This document shows, in pieces, positions 53,660 through 58,999 of a stretch of DNA of 58,999 nt; the first letter of the stretch is position 1, and each line of letters starts with the position of its first letter. The notes beneath the pieces are model-generated. The model was not told the origin of the DNA. It ran no database searches and worked only from the letters and a program-made list of their open reading frames with translations. The stretch is from Candidatus Omnitrophota bacterium (GTDB lineage Bacteria > Omnitrophota > Gorgyraeia > JABMRJ01). Location: assembly GCA_016783555.1 (NCBI GenBank), contig JADHWH010000003.1, positions 1-58,999 of the forward strand. Direction: 5' to 3'. Made by a program: the position numbers and the translations under genes.

Positions 53660-54592
53660 ATGAAGCTTGATTTTGGGAAGGTAAAGACATATCCGCTAAA
53701 GAAGAGGCGCTCAAAGGTGCACAAAGAAGACCTCGCGGCTTTAGGTAGGAAGGGCGTGAAATTCAGGGAGTTCTATAAGGGGCTTCCAAATATATTGGCC
53801 GCAAAGGATATTAGAAAGATAAGCGACAATATCGTAACGGCGCATAAGAAAAAGAGAGCCGTGATATTCATGCTTGGGGCGCATGTAATAAAGTGCGGGC
53901 TTTCGCCGGTAATAATAGATCTTATGAAGAAAAAGGTAGTAAGCGCCGTGGCGCTAAACGGAGCCGGCATAATACACGATACAGAACTGGCTCTCACCGG
54001 AAGGACCAGCGAAGACGTGGGCGCCGCACTTAAGAAAGGCCTCTTCGGTATGGCGAAAGAGACAGCTGAATTTATAAACGGCGCCATAAATAGAGGCGTT
54101 GAAGAAGGCATGGGTATAGGCATATCCGTTGGAGAGAGGATATTAAAAGAGAGGCTTCCCCTTTCAAATATAAGCATATTAGCAAGCGCCGCAAAATATA
54201 ATATTCCCGTTACGGTCCACGTCGCTATCGGGACCGATATAATCCATCAGCATCCTTCATGCAACGGCGCCGCGGTAGGGGAGGGTTCGCTCATAGATTT
54301 TAGAAATTTAATATACAGCGTGATAAGATTAAACAGAGGCGGAATCTGCATAAATTTCGGATCGGCTATTATATTACCAGAGGTATTTCTCAAGGCGCTT
54401 AATATCGCAAGAAACCTGGGCCACAGCGTCAAGAATTTTACGACAGCGAATTTCGATATGATAACCCACTATAGGCCTGAAATGAACGTTCTTAAGAGGC
54501 CTACAACAGGCGGCGGCCGGGGATATAACATAATAGGGCATCATGAGATTATGATGCCGCTTCTTTATCAGATGATAATTGAGAAACTATAG
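53660..54592 (+). CDS. Conserved uncharacterised soluble protein (I weakly recall a deoxyhypusine-synthase-like / NAD-binding-fold family; unverified)
   Basis: 310-aa ORF with its own near-consensus promoter and SD. Motifs are GAHVIKCG, NGAGIIHDTELALTGRTSEDV and VHVAIGTDIIHQHP. I cannot name a confident family. Confidence 0.6.
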   Translation: MKLDFGKVKTYPLKKRRSKVHKEDLAALGRKGVKFREFYKGLPNILAAKDIRKISDNIVTAHKKKRAVIFMLGAHVIKCGLSPVIIDLMKKKVVSAVALNGAGIIHDTELALTGRTSEDVGAALKKGLFGMAKETAEFINGAINRGVEEGMGIGISVGERILKERLPLSNISILASAAKYNIPVTVHVAIGTDIIHQHPSCNGAAVGEGSLIDFRNLIYSVIRLNRGGICINFGSAIILPEVFLKALNIARNLGHSVKNFTTANFDMITHYRPEMNVLKRPTTGGGRGYNIIGHHEIMMPLLYQMIIEKL

Positions 54593-54602
54593 AGAACCAT
54601 TG

Positions 54603-54686
54603 ATTAGTCGTTAGTATTTAGTCGTTAGTATTTAGTCGTTAGTTTTTAGTTTCGTCTAGACGATTACTAACGACTAACGACTAATT
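54603..54686. repeat. TAGTCGTTAGT tandem/palindromic repeat, locus 2 (centre inverted relative to locus 1)
   Basis: Three tandem 14-mers TAGTCGTTAGT(A/T)TT (54605-54646), then the centre TAGTTTCGTCTAGACG, then TAACGACTAACGACTAA. Confidence 0.82.
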
Positions 54687-54700
54687 GCCAGGAGTTAAAA

Positions 54701-55714
54701 ATGAAACAACAAAGTTTTTCCAGGCTTAAGAAGATTATATCAAACTTTGAAAAGACCAAGGTCTTGGTCATAGGCGATTTGATACTGGATGAATTTATAT
54801 GGGGAAGCGTTGAACGGATATCTCCGGAGGCGCCGGTGCCGGTAGTCTGGGTAGACAAGGAGAGTTATATGCCGGGGGGCGCTTGCAACGTCGCTAATAA
54901 TATTGCAACACTGGGGGGAAAGGCGGAGCTTGTAGGCGTGGTAGGGAATGATGAAAGAGGAAGATTATTAAAGAGCGAGCTGGTAAAGAAAGGTGTTGCC
55001 ATAGACGGCATTGTAGTAGATGATACAAGGCCGACTGTGCTCAAATCGCGCGTGATAGCCCATAAACAGCAAGTGGTCCGCATTGATAAAGAGGTAAGAG
55101 ATTCCATATCTAAAGAGATATTGACCGAGGTCGTAAATTACGTAAGAGAGAGGATTAAAGATATAGATATTCTGATAATAGAAGATTACGGAAAGGGCAT
55201 GATAACCTCTCAGCTTTTAAAACGTATAGTCCCCCTCGCCAAAAGGCACAGAAAGATAATAGCCGTAGACCCTAAAGAAGAGCATCTTTCTTTATATAAA
55301 GGCGCAACGCTCATAACCCCAAACGCCGATGAAACATTCAGGGCCACCGGCATTAAATTAAAGGACGAAAAGTCTATAGCGGAGGCCGGAAAGAAACTGC
55401 TCGGCAAATTAGGATGCAAGATGGCCTTGATTACGCTGGGCGAGAAGGGTATGGCGCTTTTTAAAGAGGGCAGGAAGCGGCTTTGCATACCTACTGTTGC
55501 GCGGGAGGTATATGATGTTTCCGGAGCGGGCGATACGGTTATAGGCGCGTTTTGCCTTGCGCTTGCAAGCGGTGCGAGTGATGTGGAAGCGGCGTATATA
55601 GCTAACTACGCGGCAGGGATAGTCGTAAGTAAGATTGGTATAGCGGTTGTCGAAAGAGAAGAACTCATAGGGAGAATAAAAGAGGAGCTTGCTAGGACGA
55701 AATGGAAGCGATAG
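54701..55714 (+). CDS. hldA: D-glycero-beta-D-manno-heptose-7-phosphate kinase (RfaE domain I only)
   Basis: VLVIGDLILDEFIWG..RISPEAPVPV and a PfkB-type C-terminal motif (DVSGAGDTV). The adenylyltransferase domain II is absent from this ORF. Confidence 0.88.
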   Translation: MKQQSFSRLKKIISNFEKTKVLVIGDLILDEFIWGSVERISPEAPVPVVWVDKESYMPGGACNVANNIATLGGKAELVGVVGNDERGRLLKSELVKKGVAIDGIVVDDTRPTVLKSRVIAHKQQVVRIDKEVRDSISKEILTEVVNYVRERIKDIDILIIEDYGKGMITSQLLKRIVPLAKRHRKIIAVDPKEEHLSLYKGATLITPNADETFRATGIKLKDEKSIAEAGKKLLGKLGCKMALITLGEKGMALFKEGRKRLCIPTVAREVYDVSGAGDTVIGAFCLALASGASDVEAAYIANYAAGIVVSKIGIAVVEREELIGRIKEELARTKWKR

Positions 55715-56442
55715 GAATAATACCGGCCAGATATGGGTCAACGAGATTCGAAGGAAAGGTCCTCGCCGACCTCATGGGCAAACCCGTTATTCAGCACGTC
55801 TATGAAATGGCAAAGAAGGCCAAGACGCTCGATGATCTCATTATCGCCACGGACGACGAGAGGATATATAAGTGTGTCGAGGGCTTCGGCGGCAAGGCCG
55901 TCCTTACTTCCATAGACCAGCCGACGGGGACCGACAGGCTTACGGAAGTCGTAAATCCTATTGATGTTAAGATAATAGTAAATGTGCAGGGCGATGAGCC
56001 CTTGGTGCACTATACCATGATAGATGAATTGGTCAGGACCATGCTGGAAGACGACTCAATAAATATGGCCACAGCAATAAAGAGGGTGGAAGACAAAGAT
56101 GAAATAATGGACCCTAATATAGTAAAGGCGGTCATAGATAAACAGGGTTTTGCTTTATACTTTTCAAGAAGCCCCATACCATTTGAGAGGGGGGCTCAAT
56201 CAAAGAACTTCTATAAGCATTTAGGCATATATGCCTATACAAAAGATTTCCTGTTTACATTTACCAATTTGCCTAAGAGTGACCTGGAAGGTATCGAATG
56301 CCTCGAACAGTTAAGGGCCTTAGAAAACGGATACAAGATTAAAGCCGTGGAGACAAGGTATAACACTATAGGCATAGATACGCCGGAGGACTTAGAGAAG
56401 GCAAGGGAGTTACTCTTAAAGAGAGAAGAGGCTAAAAAGTGA
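55702..56442 (+). CDS. kdsB: 3-deoxy-manno-octulosonate cytidylyltransferase
   Basis: IGIIPARYGSTRFEGKVL and VNVQGDEP motifs. Confidence 0.94.
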   Translation: MEAIGIIPARYGSTRFEGKVLADLMGKPVIQHVYEMAKKAKTLDDLIIATDDERIYKCVEGFGGKAVLTSIDQPTGTDRLTEVVNPIDVKIIVNVQGDEPLVHYTMIDELVRTMLEDDSINMATAIKRVEDKDEIMDPNIVKAVIDKQGFALYFSRSPIPFERGAQSKNFYKHLGIYAYTKDFLFTFTNLPKSDLEGIECLEQLRALENGYKIKAVETRYNTIGIDTPEDLEKARELLLKREEAKK

Positions 56443-56516
56443 ATCCCGTTAGACCTTTTCTAACGGGTTCTGGAAGATGACGAAAAGACAAGATAGCGGG
56501 GAGGTCTAACGGGATG
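56440..56516 (+). repeat. Stop-to-start palindromic element, copy 6 (kdsB>kdsA), T/A variant
   Basis: TGA-ATCCCGTTAGACC-TTT-TCTAACGGGTT ... GAGGTCTAACGGG-ATG. Confidence 0.88.
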
Positions 56517-57338
56517 AAGACAAGGGATGTTAAAGTAGGCAGCATAAAGATAGGCGGAGATAACCCCGTTGTTTTAATCGCAGGCCCCTGCGTAATCGAG
56601 TCAGAGGCCAGCGCCCTGCGCCACGCAAAACGCATAAAGAATATAGCAAAGAAGTTTAAAGTACCTTTCATATATAAGAGCAGCTTTGACAAGGCAAATC
56701 GCACGTCCGTTCACTCTTACAGGGGACCCGGCATAGATAAGGGGCTTAAGATTTTGGGTAGAATAAAGAAGGAATTAAAGATCCCGATCCTTAGCGACGT
56801 ACACTGCCGGCAGGATGTGAAGAAGGCATCAGGCGTAATAGATATAATACAGATACCCGCGTTTCTGTCGAGACAGACAGACCTCATAATAGATGCGGCG
56901 CGGACCGGAATGACAATAAATATAAAGAAGGGGCAGTTCTTGGCGCCCTGGGATGTGGGAAATATCATAGAGAAGGTTGAGGCAGGCGGCAGCAAAAAGA
57001 TCCTCATTACCGAACGCGGCACAAGTTTTGGTTATAATACATTAATAAGCGATTTTCGCTCGATTCCGATTATGAAAAGGTTCGGTTATCCTGTGGTATT
57101 CGATGCAACGCATTCCATTCAAGCGCCCGGCGGTATGGGTAACAGGAGCGGAGGCGATAGAGAGTTTGTAGAGCCGTTAGCTATGGCGTCTGTAGTATGC
57201 GGCGCGGATGCGGTCTTTATAGAGGTTCACGAGGATCCGGATAATGCGTTAAGTGACGGTCCCAATATGCTGTCGTTAAAGAGCCTCGAGAGTTTTTTAA
57301 AAAAGTTAAAGAGACTCGAAGAGATCGCTGTAAGGTGA
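56514..57338 (+). CDS. kdsA: 3-deoxy-8-phosphooctulonate (Kdo-8-P) synthase
   Basis: LIAGPCVIES, KSSFDKANR, IPAFL.RQTDL and DATHS motifs. Confidence 0.95.
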   Translation: MKTRDVKVGSIKIGGDNPVVLIAGPCVIESEASALRHAKRIKNIAKKFKVPFIYKSSFDKANRTSVHSYRGPGIDKGLKILGRIKKELKIPILSDVHCRQDVKKASGVIDIIQIPAFLSRQTDLIIDAARTGMTINIKKGQFLAPWDVGNIIEKVEAGGSKKILITERGTSFGYNTLISDFRSIPIMKRFGYPVVFDATHSIQAPGGMGNRSGGDREFVEPLAMASVVCGADAVFIEVHEDPDNALSDGPNMLSLKSLESFLKKLKRLEEIAVR

Positions 57339-58303
57339 TAGATATGACAAGAAATAGGGCAAGGGAAGTTTTAGATATAGAGGCAAAGGCGGTTTCGAAC
57401 TTAAAGAAAAGAATAAACAAAAATTTCGAAAGGGTTGTGGACTATATTTGTAAGATCAAAGGAAAGGTCATAGTCACCGGCATGGGAAAACCCGGATTTA
57501 TTGCCCAGAAAATCTCTGCCACCCTCTCCTCTACAGGCACACCGTCTTTATACCTGCATCCCGCCGAAGCGCTCCACGGAGATTTAGGCAGGGTGACTAA
57601 AGACGACTGCATTATAGCGTTCTCCAATTCGGGCGAGACCGAAGAGATGTTGAAGCTTCTTCCTATTATAAAGAAGATCGGCGTTAAGCTTATATGTTTT
57701 TGCGGAAATAAAAAATCTTCCCTTGCTAAAAACAGCGATTTTGTCGTAGATACATCGGTCGATAAAGAGGCATGCTCTCTGGGGCTGGCGCCCACCGCTT
57801 CTACTACGGCGATGCTGGCCATGGGCGATGCGCTCGCTGTAGCCCTCCTTGAGAAGAAAGGTTTTCGCGAGAAGGATTTCGCCTTTTATCATCCCGGCGG
57901 AATACTGGGCAAGAGGCTGCTTTTAAAGGTCGAGGATATAATGAGAAGGGGAAGAGAAAACCCCATTGTTAAAGAAGAGACAAAGGTAAAGAAGGCCCTT
58001 TTAGCCATAACGCGCGCGCGCGCCGGAAGCGCAAGCATTATAGATAAGAGGGGAAGACTGACAGGCATATTTACCGACGGAGATCTTAGGCGCCATATCG
58101 ATAAAGACCCTCATATTACCAACAGAAAAATTAAAGACGTAATGACAAAAAATCCGACCTCAATAAAGAAAGATAGACTCGCCGCTGAAGCCTTCCAGAT
58201 ACTTAAACAGAAAAAGATCGACGAAGTTCCCGTTGTCGATGCGAAAAACCGCCCTATCGGCCTTCTCGACGTTCAGGACCTCCTCAAGGCAGGATTGGTA
58301 TAA
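57335..58303 (+). CDS. kdsD: Arabinose-5-phosphate isomerase (SIS plus CBS pair)
   Basis: SIS motif VTGMGKPGFIAQKISATLSSTGTPS and a C-terminal CBS pair. An alternative ATG start lies at 57344. Confidence 0.92.
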   Translation: MIDMTRNRAREVLDIEAKAVSNLKKRINKNFERVVDYICKIKGKVIVTGMGKPGFIAQKISATLSSTGTPSLYLHPAEALHGDLGRVTKDDCIIAFSNSGETEEMLKLLPIIKKIGVKLICFCGNKKSSLAKNSDFVVDTSVDKEACSLGLAPTASTTAMLAMGDALAVALLEKKGFREKDFAFYHPGGILGKRLLLKVEDIMRRGRENPIVKEETKVKKALLAITRARAGSASIIDKRGRLTGIFTDGDLRRHIDKDPHITNRKIKDVMTKNPTSIKKDRLAAEAFQILKQKKIDEVPVVDAKNRPIGLLDVQDLLKAGLV

Positions 58304-58833
58304 TGGAGCATCTTGAGCTCGAAGAGAGAATGAAAAGAATAAGACTTCTAATCCTGGATATCGACGGCATTCTGACAGACGGCAGGATAATATATGATAA
58401 CAGAGGAAACGAATTGAAATTTTTTGATGTGCAAGACGGTTTCGGCATAGTCCTATTGAAGAGGGCCGGGATAGAGGCGGTTATCATGACTGCAAAGAAA
58501 TCGAAGGTTGTCTCCAGGAGGGCAAAGGACTTTAATGTAAGACATGTCTACCAGAACTGTTTTGATAAGTTGAAGGTATTCGAAGAGATAGTAAAGAGAT
58601 TTAACCTCGCGCCGGACGAAATCTGTTTTATGGGAGACGATCTTATCGATATCCCTGTCTTAAAGAGAGTAGGCTTCGCGGTAAGTGTTCCTAACGCGGT
58701 GGAAGAGTCGAGAAATGCCGCCCACTATATTACAACGAGACACGGCGGGCGCGGCGCTGTCCGGGAGATATGCGACCTCATTCTTAAAACACAAAAAAGA
58801 TGGCATGATGTAACGGCCCGCTACACCCGCTAA
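58303..58833 (+). CDS. kdsC: Kdo-8-phosphate phosphatase (HAD superfamily)
   Basis: LILDIDGILTDGRIIY (DxD HAD motif I) and GDDLIDIP (motif IV), ~176 aa, located after kdsD. Confidence 0.92.
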   Translation: MEHLELEERMKRIRLLILDIDGILTDGRIIYDNRGNELKFFDVQDGFGIVLLKRAGIEAVIMTAKKSKVVSRRAKDFNVRHVYQNCFDKLKVFEEIVKRFNLAPDEICFMGDDLIDIPVLKRVGFAVSVPNAVEESRNAAHYITTRHGGRGAVREICDLILKTQKRWHDVTARYTR

Positions 58834-58999
58834 CCCGCAAGTCCCTTCATTTAACTCTCATTTCCAGCCATTGCCCGCTCGACTTAATTTTACGCCAGTG
58901 TCCTCCTTCGCCCATAAAAGAATTTCATAGATGTTTTGGGCTTCGGAGGACTATCCTTCGAAGCTAAATACGTAAGTACTTAGCGAAGTAGGATGCCTT

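Noticed and set aside
19533-56516. The clamp arms contain GTTAGAC and GTCTAAC, which match the integron attC core (GTTRRRY) and inverse core (RYYYAAC) consensus.
   Set aside because: The order is wrong for attC. Here GTTRRRY comes first and RYYYAAC second, across a 2-5 nt loop, whereas an attC has RYYYAAC at the 5' base and GTTRRRY at the 3' base of a 57-141-nt structure with extrahelical bases. The genes are preceded by RYYYAAC rather than TTRRRY. The flanked genes are core housekeeping genes (tsaB, dprA, kdsA), and no intI or attI is present. I judge the 7-mer match to be coincidental.
5823-56516. A CRISPR array as an explanation for the many short palindromic repeats.
   Set aside because: The copies are kilobases apart, separated by intact housekeeping genes rather than 25-40-nt spacers. 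There are no cas genes and no leader. The only true tandem array (three 14-mers at 54605-54646) has no spacers.

Overview
This 59-kb window carries about 52 tightly packed genes, all on the + strand. It looks like an uncultivated diderm (LPS-making) bacterium with AT-leaning, purine-rich codon usage; I cannot assign taxonomy from the sequence alone.

Gene content is core housekeeping:
- clpC (5' partial), mlaEFD, and a PIN/TRAM protein followed by ispD-ispF-gltX-cysE-cysS.
- tmk-holB-ricT-like-metG, then a tatD::radical-SAM fusion.
- A CPBP protease, a DUF362/4Fe-4S protein, and mtnA-thiL-tsaE-tsaB-alr.
- Two GT-C membrane glycosyltransferases.
- ilvD-ilvBN-ilvC-leuA, aroE, a prepilin peptidase, aroC-aroK, dprA, topA and xerC.
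- A long LPS/Kdo/heptose block: waaA-lpxK, an lpxL::ELM1 fusion, two tandem GT4::GT9 fusions, two GT9 genes, corA, two CNNM genes, an orphan gene, rfaE-kinase and kdsB-kdsA-kdsD-kdsC.

There are no tRNA or rRNA genes, CRISPR arrays, IS elements or prophage.

The unusual part is the intergenic space, which is almost entirely filled by several families of structured repeats:
1. A 'stop-to-start' palindromic module (TGA-ACCCCGTTAGACC ... GAGGTCTAACGGGG-TG) occurs at six gene junctions. One arm abuts the upstream stop codon. The complementary arm contains the SD and runs into the downstream start codon, and base covariation reaches the first nucleotide of the start codon. A seventh copy is fossilised in-frame as the linker of a GT4::GT9 fusion.
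2. Five copies of a ~135-140-bp heptad-periodic palindromic element (AAATCCG AAGCACG AAATCCG ...) show flip/flop core-versus-terminus isomers. One copy supplies the C-terminal tail and stop codon of IspF.
3. A ~170-bp three-hairpin composite is present as direct repeats flanking aroC-aroK-dprA.
4. TAGTCGTTAGT palindromic or tandem repeats bracket the 10.6-kb glycosyltransferase/Mg-transport segment.
5. GTAGGGCA-type perfect palindromes occur, one of them in the ilvD leader just downstream of a near-consensus promoter.

All functional interpretations of these repeats are inference. The sequence patterns and coordinates were read directly from the sequence.
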